DNA of 60,493 nt, filler included, from Sphacelaria rigidula (Eukaryota): assembly GCA_964200075.2 (NCBI GenBank). It is 7 parts of 7 records of this genome, joined end to end, with 100 filler letters (N's around TTAATTAATTAA, not from the genome) between each part and the next. Parts side by side here need not be neighbours in the genome. Positions count along the whole stretch, not along the records: positions 34,627 to 43,182 come from CAXNAA020010788.1; positions 43,283 to 51,838 come from CAXNAA020010789.1; 5 more parts are not named here. The stretch is one strand, 5' to 3'. The position numbers and the translations under genes are program-made. Position 1 is the stretch's first letter; every line of letters starts with the position of its first letter. Shown in pieces: positions 38,801 to 51,315 of the stretch. The notes under the pieces were generated by a model. That model searched no databases. It was not told where the DNA came from and worked only from the letters and a program-made list of their open reading frames with translations.

Positions 38801-41800
38801 CGCCGGGGCGAGAATCATACCACACACTGATCCATAAAACGCTGCAGATTCTGCTACAGAGTTTCGTGCATGTGCAGTCGCGTGGCAACGCTTCCCTATA
38901 TTCTACGCAGAAGGTCATACACGCCTTGCACACTATGACACGCACGGTTTTACGACTCGCGATACCTCGGCCGGGCAAATGTGAAGTAGGACGTGCGTCA
39001 GATCTTGCTCGACTCCTGCCTTAGCACCCAACGTGGACCTGTACGCTAACATAACACCAAATGAATGGTCGACTTGACATTGTCTCGATGTCAGTGTCTC
39101 AGTGTGGTTCCTTCATCATCGGAGAACCCCGACAACACGCGCCCCGTGCAATTTCTCCGGGGGATTGTTAGCTGAAAAAAATGTACGAAACGATAGCTGA
39201 GGCTCCAAGGGCGATGTACTGAAACCTGAGGCAGAGCAGTAAATATCGAGGGACAGTTCTCTTGAGTCGTGGGTGCCGACATGTTTGTAATAGTTCAGGT
39301 CAAGATTCGAGTGCTGTTCTGGGGCAAAAGAGGTGAACAAGTAAAATATAAGCCTCGAAATGATCAAGGATATATAACTCTGCCACGCCCCGGTAGCCTA
39401 ATGGTCCAAGTGACACCGTTAGGGTAGAGAAAACATGTGTTCGATTCTTCATGCGTCGGCGTTTTTCCTTCCAAGTACCTGATTCCCGCAGTAAAAAACG
39501 TGAGTAAGTGCAGAAGAAAGGAGGTGGCTGAGTTTGTCTGACGACAGTTGACGCGGTGCGGGGGTGCTGACCCCATCCGCGAGGCGAAAATGCAAGCTAA
39601 GGCGTGTACTTTACCGGGGGAAAAATATGGGTTGGATGATCTCTTGAGACCACCGACTCGTCCCGAGGGAAAATAACTCCAAAACGCTGAATATAGGTTC
39701 AATACGGCATGTGGCGTATACACTTCAAGACGGGGGAAAAGTCGTATTGCGCAATCGTCTATGGCACAGCGCAATGAGTTTCACGTTTCTTATGTCCCGA
39801 AAACAATAGGCAGTAGAGTCAATGGACTCGATGTGTTACCTCAGAATGCAGGGCACTAGTATCTATGTGCCTTGGTTAACAGAGCAGGCGGAGCTGAGTC
39901 CATACGTGCTGTGTCGACAGAAAAACGTTTGACTGTGTAGGGGATGAGGCAAAATGGAAGATACTAATAATGTCAGAATGTTTACTGAAAGTACTTGTAA
40001 CATGTGAGTACGGCGGTTTCGCTGCACAAGGCTCGTACTCATACTCATAATCATACTGCTCCTCGTACTGCTACTGCTGCTATCATTCAAGCTCTGTCGA
40101 CCCCCGTGCAGACACCGTGTGTATTCTTGGTGTCTCTTGCACGGAAGTCAGTTGTAACAGTAGTTGTACATTCCATAGCCGTACTGTCTTGATGAGCCAT
40201 CTTTTTCATGCCCAAATTAAACGCAACACGGTCCAGAGTTGGACAACAGCTTGTGCACAAGACATGTCAAGTAAGCTTCGGCGTGACCCCATTGGTGAAT
40301 ATGTCCAACTTCCGTTCCGTCGCTTAATCATGTCATGGAAATAATGCTTTCGTCGGCGTCTCACTAGACTACGTAGCGTGAGAAATTTCTGCACTCGATG
40401 TCAGCACAGCAGTACTCAGAAAGTATATTCGGTGAAGTCAGTACTGTAGGGCTACTCGATAACAGTTTTTGATTGATATTCATTACGCTATCCGATTTCA
40501 GTTGCGGCAAGTAGTTGGGGTTTGTGCAAACCCTTCGAACGTTCTGCACTGGATCATCCCGTGCCAGCCTGTGGCCCATAAGCGTTGAGGGACACCTGAA
40601 ACTGTGCTTTGCCCTGAAAACAAAAGGCAGACGCAACACTGTGGTAGCCGCGGGATTGTAAAAAATAGGGAAGTCCCTTTGGTACAAATCGAACGGAGAC
40701 GGCTGCACGTGCGCTCGTTTCGAATATCTCAATATTTGGTCCGGCACGCAGCAGTATATCGCAGACCAGTTCTAAAATAGTCATGGATGGCGCTGTGTTC
40801 CTCTTGACCAAAAAGTGGTTACACAGAGCGTCACGATGATGATAAGCAGTGCATGTCGAGTGTTGGTTGATTGCTCTTGTGCTAGGCCTGTGTAGGGGGC
40901 CTTAGCTTCTTTGGTACACGTGAAGGACTACGGTTGCACTGTTGTGTCTGTGAATGGGGCTCGATTTCGGGCACTACATATCGTGAAAATGGACCGACCA
41001 ACTACAGTCAGTTGAACGTGGAAGAAACGAAACCTAAATGAGCCAATCAGTTTCAATCACGAGTACAAGCGTCACTCGAAATGACGACGACGCTCATACA
41101 AAATGTGCTATTGACTTGATTGAATGATTGATTAATTGATTGTCGCACTTTAACTGACCCCCCAGGGGTCCAGCCGTGGTCTCATGATAGACGTACCCAA
41201 GGAAAAACAAAACTGAAACACTCGCTGAAAAAAAGAAGGAACAGATATATATATATATATATTACATTCTACAACAAACCTATGACTGACGTTGCTTGAC
41301 ACCTGTTGACAGGGTTACAACAACAGGAGGATAGAAGCTGCTGCTTGTGTTGTTGTTGTGCCCCTTTGGTTGCAGTATGTTCTTGAGCCTATATTTCAAC
41401 GCCGCTAACTCGGCAACCAAGCAGAGTATTGTACTGCGGTTTGATGCGTGTGCTTCCCACACACCGGAACTAGCGACTATAGGGACGGTTTTCCAGAAGC
41501 GCACTGCAGAGACCGCAGCACTCAGCAAACCGCTGTACCAAACCCAAAGTGTACCAAGGAAGGCGTTTCCTTCAACGCTTTGGAGCTTCTCGTGTCCGCT
41601 GTAGCGAATTGGTCAAATCGGCTCCTATAGTTCCTAGGTCTAGTGTGTGTGCGGTGGGGTGTAAAGTGCCACAGGTTGGTTTGCTTCCTGTGTCGAGAAA
41701 CAGGCGGTGAAAAAATTACAGCTGTCGCATACTAAACCTAGGTAAGTTGGGATGGAGTGTGTGTTCTGTTCGGCAGAGGTTCGGCAGAGGTCGGACCAGT

Positions 41801-41954
41801 CTATGACGCGTTCATGATTCCTCCGCTTTCTCTTTTTTTTCTGTTTGTTGCCCACGGATTTTTGGTCGGAAAAGCCTCCATTCACAGGCATACCTGTGTG
41901 TCGCCGACTGCTCTTGGTATCGTTCGATGACAGCGTCGTCGTTGTCTTTTGTTC

Positions 41955-42262
41955 TATCGCCCTTTGAACTTTGGTTCCCCCCCCCCTCCTCAGGATGAGT
42001 CCATGGTCTCAAGGGATAAAAACATCTCTGCGGTACACGCCTCGCATTTTGGTCTCGCGAATTTGGTCAGCACTCCCACACCGCGTTACCTCTCATCAAA
42101 CAAACTCAGTCAACTATTAATACTTTTGGTTTACTCACATACTCACGCTTTCGATGGTGAAAATCAGTTACTTGGGGGAAAAAAAAAACGCGTTGGATAT
42201 CGAACCAATGTTCTCCCCACCCTAATGGTGATTGTCGGACCATTGCACCACCGGGGGGCGGC
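41955..42262 (-). mobile_element. SINE family B, full-length copy
   Basis: The reverse complement gives TGGTGCAATGG (A box) and GGTTCGATATCC (B box), then the family body. Confidence 0.75.
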
Positions 42263-43282
42263 AGATTAAGAGGTATATATATCTTCATCCTTGGATCATT
42301 CCGGGGCTAATCTTTTCGACGTTCACCTCTTTTGCCCCGGTGATGATTGCTTGTACCAGCGCGTCGGATAATCGGCGCTACACTCAACGCGTTTGCTTCG
42401 GGTGATTATGCACACTTATTCACGAGGATTGGGTGGGATAGGATCGGATCGGATCGGATCTCACGGGACGGGGTTTGCTAGTCCCGTGAGCACCGAACGA
42501 TTCTATCCCGTCTCGTCCAGGTGAGTCCTCATGGAATCGAGTGTTGATCGGGGGAAGCAGCCATCGGATCAGCAGTGTAAGCCAGATCAGCTGAGCAGCA
42601 CGTATTGCGCACTGCACTGAACTGTAGCGTGTGCGAGCATCGTTCAGCTCAGCCAACTGTTTCTTTTACCTGGTATCCTTCGAGTGTGTGTTGTCATCAC
42701 ATCCAGTCTGGACGCCAGTCTACACCTTCCGGTGATTGTGGAGGTATCAGACGGGGTCACAAAAGAGGAAGGTCAACACAGGAGTTTCTTTGGCTTCTTT
42801 GTTTCAGTACTCCGCCTCCCTTTTGAGGTGCTTGCCTTCTTTTCCGATCGTTCAGGCGAACTTCGTGCACGAATGACATAGTCGCTCTCTACTGTTGAGC
42901 AAACACCCCATCATGTGACTTAATTGAGATTCCAATCCACAATCCACATCCCAACTGTCAGAGGGTTCAGAGGTTACCAACTGAGCCACTGGGACGACCA
43001 GCTTCGACCCAGCAAATACTCGTCACGTACACATACATGACACCCTGATGTGTGTGTTGTGTGTGTTGGGTTGTCATCCTATTAATTCTGGACGCCAGTC
43101 TACACCTTTCGGTATATGTGGGCGCATCAGCCGGGGTCTCACAGGAGGAAGGCCAAGACAGGAGCTTTTTCTTTTTTCTTTCNNNNNNNNNNNNNNNNNN
43201 NNNNNNNNNNNNNNNNNNNNNNNNNNTTAATTAATTAANNNNNNNNNNNNNNNNNNNNNNNNNNNNNNNNNNNNNNNNNNNN

Positions 43283-44200
43283 TCCGTGCAAGAGAGATAT
43301 GCCACTTCAGCCCCATATTTTGTATGAACCCCAAACTATAAAATCGGCTGTTTCTTGTAGCTGTTTTGTTTGCTCTACTTCTCCGATGTATCCTTTTATT
43401 AATTTTCTCAATAGAAATCGAGTCTCGCCTTGATGAAGGGCTTCTTGATATTCCTCCATTCTTCAATTTTTGGTCACCTCGGCCCACACTGAATAAATAT
43501 TCGAGCATGCCGGTTTCCACAATGACTAGAATGAAGTCCTCGTCTGTTGCGTACTCCTCACACCCCTGTAGAATCAAGCCTACGACATGTAAATCCCTAG
43601 CATTCCGTACATGAGCCCTGACCTAGGTCATGCTAGCATAATAGAAAGCCTCGTGCACCGGGTGCATCGTCGGGAGAAGTTGTAGGCCTGCCATGGCCAG
43701 TTGAGACCAGATATCATTCATGAAATTAATTCACCCATATTTGTCCAGTCACACACACACCCAAAAAAACACACGCACCGAACGCACACCGCACACTGAA
43801 CACACACACACAACGAAGTGGGGTAGTCATTCCTGGGGAAAACACTCATACGAAATGACATGTCATAATCCCATCTCTTCGCCACGCAAGAAAGCATGTC
43901 CCCGTCAGATACCTACTGCAACCATGATATCGGGTATACCTTGAATAACAGAACTAATCTCCTATTCGTATTTCCCCTGTACGTCATGATCCAATCTCAG
44001 TATACATATCCCTTGCATCCAGGCACATCGACGGTTACAAATCCTGGAGCGTAAGTATAATCGATTATCCCTTGCCTGTCATCTTCAGCGCCTCTCAGGC
44101 CAGGGTCACGGGGGGTGGCGCGTAGCTCCTCCTATACACCGTACCCTACGTTCCACGCCTGTGGAAGGCGTGCTTAAGTCTCAAGCGACCCACTGACACC
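43283..44200 (-). mobile_element. Probable 5' end of a degenerate LTR retrotransposon (LTR end, PBS, leader, gag-position ORF), cut by the contig end
   Basis: On the minus strand ...GATATCA is followed directly by TGGTTGCAGTAGG (43924-43912), then a ~190-nt leader, then an intronless frame from ATG 43721 with one internal TAG (43623-43625). The LTR 5' boundary is uncertain. Confidence 0.45.
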
Positions 44201-44930
44201 TCTAGATGGAGGATTCTTGGGGCAGCAATGGAGAGTGTATCCGCGGCTTTGTGACAGGGCGTTGGCGACGGCAGAGGCCATGTCGTTGACGTCCGGGACT
44301 GCGGTGAAGTTGGTGGCATTCGCGAGCTTGGCGGCAATGGCCTACGATACGATCGTTCTTAAACACCGGTCGAATGTAAAGAGTTACTGTCGAAACACAC
44401 TCCGTTGCCCCTGCCTCCTGTTCTGGGCCAGTGGTTGGGTGCGCTCCGCCCAAGGAGACGGATAGAGGCTGCAATCATCGGATGGAGTGATTTAATCTTG
44501 GGGTACATAGTGACGTTTCCACCTAGTCTTCGGTCTTGCTGATGCACCAGGATGTAGTACAGACGGCGCGGTGTCCGTCCTTTGGCCCCTCACATGTGTA
44601 TGCGCCTGAGCTTCCCCCGCTAGCTGGCGTGCTGAACAATGTCTTGACTGTCATTTCATCTTCTGCAGCGCGTGTCAACAAGCGCATTCCGTTGTCACTG
44701 AGGGCGTCTCGGCCATTTACTGTACTCCCAAAACAAGATCGTCTCTCAGACCTCCTCCTTCATCTCTCTTTCCAGTTCGAGCATTGGCATCCATCATGAA
44801 CATCAGGTGTGTATGTTGCTCCGTGAACCTCCATACTCTCCCACAATATACGTCACACCACGCCGATGTGAAACTCCGAAATAGAACACATGATAGAGGA
44901 ACGATGACGCAAACTTGCCGAGCACCCACA

Positions 44931-45359
44931 AACAGTGGATTCTCGAAAAGGGGGTTGACCAAAAAAATGAGGTAAACCTCAAAAGCCGTGCTTCCGCTGA
45001 CCTAGATTCATGACAAGTGACTTTCACATGGACGACCTCATCCGTCCTGACCTCCCCAGACTATTCCGGGGATTTCTAGCCTTTCGTTTCCCCAAAGGGT
45101 ATGTGCGAAGGCATGATTTTTGTGCCAAAAGCGTCTTTTTTCACCCCGAAATCGAGACAAAAAAAGTGTGCTTTCGCACATATCCTTTGAGGAAACGGAA
45201 GGCTAGGAATTCCCCGAGATAGTTGTAGGGAGGTCGGGAGGGATGAAGTCGTCCATATAAAAGTATAGAAGTAATTTGTCATGAATTTAGGTCAGGGAGA
45301 GCACGGCTTTTGAGTCGACCCTCATCGTTTTTGAACCCCATTTTCGAGAATCCTTTGTT
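44931..45359. mobile_element. Foldback element with ~190-bp TIRs
   Basis: Arms align in reverse complement from AACAGTGGATTCTCGAAAA / TTTTCGAGAATCCTTTGTT inward; CACA flanks both ends. Confidence 0.85.
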
Positions 45360-48300
45360 CACAGACCAACATAATATGCAAAAACGTTTTGCAACGGGGG
45401 GTTATGCCACGGCGGGAATTGTACATTTATTTGGGCATAAACCTCTCCTTCAGGCAATCCTAAATTCAGGAGTTCCACAAGAACATGGTCCGGGACATGA
45501 CCGATTTCACATCCATGCAGTATATCCGTAGCCCTTCGAAATGCTAACCGTGGGGTGCTCGGATAAATTTATTTAGCGAGTCCGTTTTATTTGTGTAGGT
45601 TCACCGTATCATTATGGAGGGGGAAGGGGGGGGAAGTGGAGTATATGTGCAGTTCATGTATATTGCGTGTTCATAGTTTTCCTGAAAAGAGCAGACATGC
45701 GAGGTTTGCTTGCCTGCACAATGAACAGTAAGCATGGTTGGTGTTTGTGCTGCTTCGGGTTGGATACGCACTGAAGACGACCTTGTTTGCCGCCGAACGC
45801 GCACACAGGGCAAAACATGGGGGAAAAGGAGCCCCAAACATGAGGCGTTTATCGGTCACCCCCCCCCCCCCCCCCACCCCACGCCCCCCCCCCCCCCCCC
45901 CCCCCCCCGCCCCCACCCCCGCCCCCCGCCCCCCCCCCCCAACGGCNNNNNNNNNNTGTTTGTCGCCCCACGCGCCCCCAGGGGAACCCATGGGGTGAAA
46001 TGGGCCCCTAACAGATGGGTTTTTTCTGTTCCCCCCCCCCCCCCCCCCCTCCCCCCCACGATCGCAGTCATCATCGTGCGGATGGATTCCCAGCTTCGTG
46101 CCTTCCCATGAGATATGGAGAGAATGATGAAAGAAGTGCAGTTGCCCAAATATGTCGTGACGAACAATACCTTCTTCTTTCGTCAGGATACACCGCAGTT
46201 GAAAAACAAGAAAACCCACTGTTTCTGCCGTTTGATTGTCATCATTAGTAATCATCGTCAATATTGCATGATATCCCTGATCAACTTGCCAACTGATACC
46301 ACGACGCACTGTTGTACCCGTCAACCAACCAATCCGACCCGATGATAAGCGCAAAAACCCACCATGCTATATATAGGGGGCTTCTTCGCTGCCTTCAACC
46401 ACAGGCGCCCGTTCAAATTCCTCGTCCAAGAAACACAACCCAAATCGCGAGTACCCCGACATGACCAGGGGGGAGTGGGGGTGGGTGAGGGGGGGGGGAG
46501 GGGGGAGACAAGCATATTGCTCAATATCTGGCCCATCTACTTACATTCGAACCAAACAGACCTTTTCAAAGAGGGCCATCGCATTTTGAATGCTGCCACT
46601 GCCCCTCTCCTTTCACTCCAGCCATGAGAGGGGCCATCATCACAATTAAGGTGGGCGGCGGTCAAATCACAAAACCAATCCATCTCGCCATTCACACCAT
46701 GCTGTTTTGAAGTGCGCCTGCTCTTTAGTCGTCTGTTTGACGCCACATACCAACGAAAGAAAGGAACACCACAACCGTGTCTTATTCTTTTCCTGTTCCC
46801 TCGCATCCTGTCTTCTTTCCCCAATACTAAAAACCGTTCGGTGATCGATACTATACGATAACCACAGGTGGGCGGAAAACAAGCAAACGAAAGACATGCG
46901 AGGGGACGGAAAATACAAGAAGGAATCTTTACATACATGTTCGCATATATACACGACACAGCAAAAAAAAGGTATACACAACACAGCCAAAAGCAAATCC
47001 CGAAATCAACACTATTACACACGCCTGAGTACATCAGCCACCCACCAACCACACGATAAAAAAAAACGCGATGAGCTAAAATATTTTCAACACTACGATC
47101 GTTTTCTCCTTCGCACCGCAGCCACATCCTCCCTGGAACAACAGAAATTGGCGAGCTTCAACTGTACTTTCAAAAACAAGCACCGGTGCACATGAAGATC
47201 TACCTAAGGCATACGACACAGCGAAATCCCACATCTCGATGTCCTACGTTTTACCTTTTGCAGCCCAGAAAGGGGGCAGGGGAAATGGGAAACGGCTTGT
47301 TTACAGGGTACAATTTTTGGGGATATACAAAATATCTGGGGGGTTTTGAAATATACTAGAACCCACGAAAAGATGCAAGAAAATAGCCTGAACCGGCACC
47401 ATATCGACCGCACACCGTTTCAGTTCTCATGATGCATTCTTCGCTGCCATGATCGTGATATGACCACAACGCGACTGTCAACGCGGCATACTTGTCAACA
47501 CAAGGGAACCAATATAAAGGAAGAAGCACGAGATAAAATATTATCTCATTGATCTGGTTTACTACCCTCAACACCTCGTAAAAACCAGCCGAGTCCGGCA
47601 TACCCAGAGGAAAAAAGAAAGAAAAAAAAACACACACAGCGTTTTGAATGAAGACGGTCTCTATCTCTACTCTTTAGTAACTTCACGGGCCGGTCACCGT
47701 CTTCCTCCACTATGTTATCTAGGTTACCCCCATTACTGTACTAGAGTTTTGCTCTTTACACAACCTCTGCCAGCGGGGCACAAAAAGGCAAATACAGGAG
47801 AGCTGCACAAATTTCCCTTCTCCGAAATTAAATTACCCTCAGAAGACACAGGAAAGGGATGATCAAGATAAACATACATTTGAGGCACCGCATTTTCTGA
47901 TCCAAAACACATGTCGCGTAATGACAGCGACCAAGGGCGTTAAATAAAAAAATAAAACGGAAAGACAAAAGGATGAATGACTAATAAAAAATCCAGTCCA
48001 TCATATGTCAACATTACAGTACATTCCCCATTTATCGTGACAAACGCAAAAAGTAATAACATCGATCTCATATGACGTATCCGAAATAATAATCTATATA
48101 AAGTCGGACGCGGAGCGGAATGGAATAAGACCATATCCATAAACTTGTTTTGCCAAAATTCCACCATATATTATTAGCCAAAATCGATGTCTTCATCGCA
48201 CATGAATAGATAGATCTACGAAAGTGTATCACATCGGAAATGCCCGGGGACCCACGGAATTTAGAGCATACAGCTGCGAGGCCAAAATGCACACAAAAAG

Positions 48301-49545
48301 GAAATACCCCCACATAAATCGAGAACCGTTCAGTGCCCATGCCACTCTCTCATCCGCGCCAAACCTTTAGATACAACCACCACCATTCTTATCAACTGTT
48401 GAACACGCGCATGCTTTTGTCGAGGGCAAAAGGAACCCAAGAGGGAGTATTAATTATTTTCCGTCCATTTCTACAAATTACCCACTTTCAATCAAGAATG
48501 ATTCCCGCTCTCAAATACGCGTAAGAGTATCGTCTTCCTGCTAAAAATGTATGTGGTTGTGTGGACATCCGTGGATGATATCGTTGCCCCCTCTCGACAA
48601 ACCTTGATGGGTAAAAAACACGACCGCGCGTACAAACCCCCGTTCATGAAACGCACAATGTACACCGGCTTTGTTTCTTCCTTTTTCCCTTCTCCGCGTG
48701 TGAAATCGAATCCTCCACCCTGTTTATTGCTTGTCTGTCTGTCCATCAAAACACATAGAAATAGTAATCCGTCGGTATCGTTCCTTGCGTCGTCGTACAC
48801 ACTGGATAAGTGGACAACCACCTTGTACAAATTTTGAACTCAGGACTTGAAAAAAAAGCAAAAAACAAAATGCTACTGCGCATGATTTTCCTCGCCATTC
48901 GACGAAAAAAAACAGAGATACATGACAAAAATGGGCGGGACGTGATACCGTGAGAAAGTACGCGTGCACAACCGGCGAAACATGATACAGAGGGGGGAGG
49001 GAACAACAGCCGCTTGCCATCACTCATATTTTGCTGGGCACAACCCACTCCAAACGGTGGGTAACTGGTCACTGCCCTCCAAAAGACATACACTTATTTT
49101 CAAGTCAGCGGTGGTGTGCTCCAAAGCACCACCTCACTGCACGCGACCAAGTTGGCGGGGTAACTTGGGGGGAAGGAGGGATAGGTCGAGAAAGAGAGCA
49201 GTAAAATTAAATAAGTGAATATAAACCCCCGCTTTCGTCTATTCCCACCAACAAGACGAGATACAGTTTCGTATAGGCTCGGCTAAACGCTCGGTACGCC
49301 GGAGACCCGAAAGGTATCATTTTCGTGTGGGCGCACCAAATAAAAAAATCCAAAAAAACCGAGCTTGCATTACAGGCGCCGCAGTAGGCGAGCAAAACAT
49401 CTCCCTTTTCCCCCCCCCCCCCCCGCTCCGCCTCCCATCCCCGACCCCGCCCCGAAAAAATAACAGGAAAAAGAACAATTTTTCGGTTCGCTATAGGAAC
49501 CAACCGCGCTTGTTTAGTTCGTTCTCCTGGATTGTGTGCGTTCCT

Positions 49546-50693
49546 TCAGAACCCAGCAAACACGCCTCCGTAGTTATCATTCAAATCCTCTGACAGGCAG
49601 ATTACCCTCTGGTCTCGGAGCCACACGTCCCCGCCCTCGATCGCCGCGTGGACGATCGCTTCCTCCTCCTCCACATCCGCCTGCGAACGCACCGCCGCTC
49701 TCAGCGCCTGGAAGTCTACGCCCTCGAAGAACGGGTGGGCCTTGATTTCTTCGATGCTCGGCCGTCGGAAAGGGTTCAGCTGCAGCAAGCTCTTCACCAG
49801 GGCCTGCGCGGCGGGATCTTGAGCGCCATCACTCTCATCCACCCGGACTTCAGCCTCATCGCCTTGCGGGCCATTACCGACAAATGATCCGCCGTTGCTG
49901 CTGACGGTACCGTTGTGAGCCGCCGTAGCATGCGCGGCAGTATAACGTGTATCGGCAGGGTTGTTACCCTCCGGTAAGAATCTCCCCGCCGCTGTCACGA
50001 CATCCGCATCGTCGGGATGGTACTGAAAATATCCCGCACCCGCAGGGGCGATCGTCTTACCGTAGCCGGCGGGGACTTTCGGGTACGGGAATCCAGTAGA
50101 TGACATCGCAGACATGGTACTATCGTGGGAGGAATTGTTCTTGCGGTGACCCTTTCCACCGCGGAAGCTGTTGAAGTGCCCGCCGCCCGCATGCACACCG
50201 CCCCCCGCCGGCGAAGGCGTCTGGTACGACTTGGTGGACGAGGGTGACTTGTTGTACGCTGCGTAATTGTCCAGGCTATGGTTGGGTGCACCGCCAACCG
50301 AAAGCGTCTTGTGGTGCCCGCCGTAACCTCCGCGAGGGTTGGCACCACGCTTGTTGCTGCGGGAGGATAAACCCCCCGCAACGTTGCCCTTGACCGACGG
50401 AGATCTTCGCGCGGGTGGCGGGGGGAAAGCGTAATCCCCCGCAGCTATCCGCTCGTACATTTCATCGACTGAAGCAGCCTTGAACGGTGTGCGGCCTACG
50501 AGGAGCTCGTAGATCAGAACACCCAGGGCCCACAGGTCAACCGGTTTGCCGTGACCGCAGCCATTCAGCACTTCTGGCGCAACATACTCCGGCGTACCGA
50601 ATTGCGAAAACAGCCGTTCCCCTGGGGCGAGCTCGCGCGCAAATCCGAAGTCCGTGAGCTTCAGTGTGCCCGATTTGCCCATCAGGAAGTTCT
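49546..50693 (-). CDS. Terminal exon of an AGC-group Ser/Thr protein kinase (PKA/PKG-like), subdomains VIb-XI plus C-tail
   Basis: Acceptor cgcAG|AG AAC gives (E)NFL. Motifs LKLTDFGFA, GTPEYVAPE, VDLWALGVLIYELL, IKAHPFF, and a C-terminal FxxF hydrophobic motif (FAGF) before TGA. Confidence 0.92.
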
Positions 50694-51240
50694 CTGCGGG
50701 GTTTTGGTTGAAGAGGGGCGGCGGTATATGATATACATTTCGATGCATGCAGGGAGTGGCTATTTGAAGCAGAAAACCGGTGTCGCAAGCATATTCAAGT
50801 TCGTGCTCGAAGGACGGGATTCACGGGGGAGCTCGAACAAAAACTTCTCGACTCAGTGGGGAGTCACGTCTCGTGGCTGGGAACTAGATGAGTATTGGTG
50901 GGGGTTGGAAGGCTGGGTTGTATCCAGTCTCGAAAGCCTTTGGGCATGTTTTTGCGTGTTGATGACAAGAGGAGCATATCTGGGGTTTCTCGACACTGCC
51001 AAGCACGGGTTTCGAGAGAAGAAGGGGCTTCGATGTTCGAAAAGCCTTCGCTTCCCACCCCCTGCATCATCTTTCCTCGGCTCAATCAATTCACGTTTCG
51101 GGAAATTTTCTCCGACACGAGAAGCTCATTTGAAAGAGCTGACCCCCCGTTTGGCGCAAATAACCGATGCTTGGATTTGCACTCGCTCATTACATAGTGC
51201 AGACATTATATTGGGAATGATGGGCTCGTGGTGAAGATGG

Positions 51241-51242
<2 letters not shown>

Positions 51243-51311
<69 letters not shown>
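51243..51311. repeat. (GT)n microsatellite, the expanded tail of a SINE A copy
   Basis: Uninterrupted GT run abutting the SINE A 3' end. Confidence 0.95.

Positions 51312-51315
<4 letters not shown>

Noticed and set aside
45859-46060. Pro/Gly-rich ORFs and G-quadruplex potential in long C-runs
   Set aside because: Low-quality homopolymer sequence next to an internal N gap; run lengths are unreliable.
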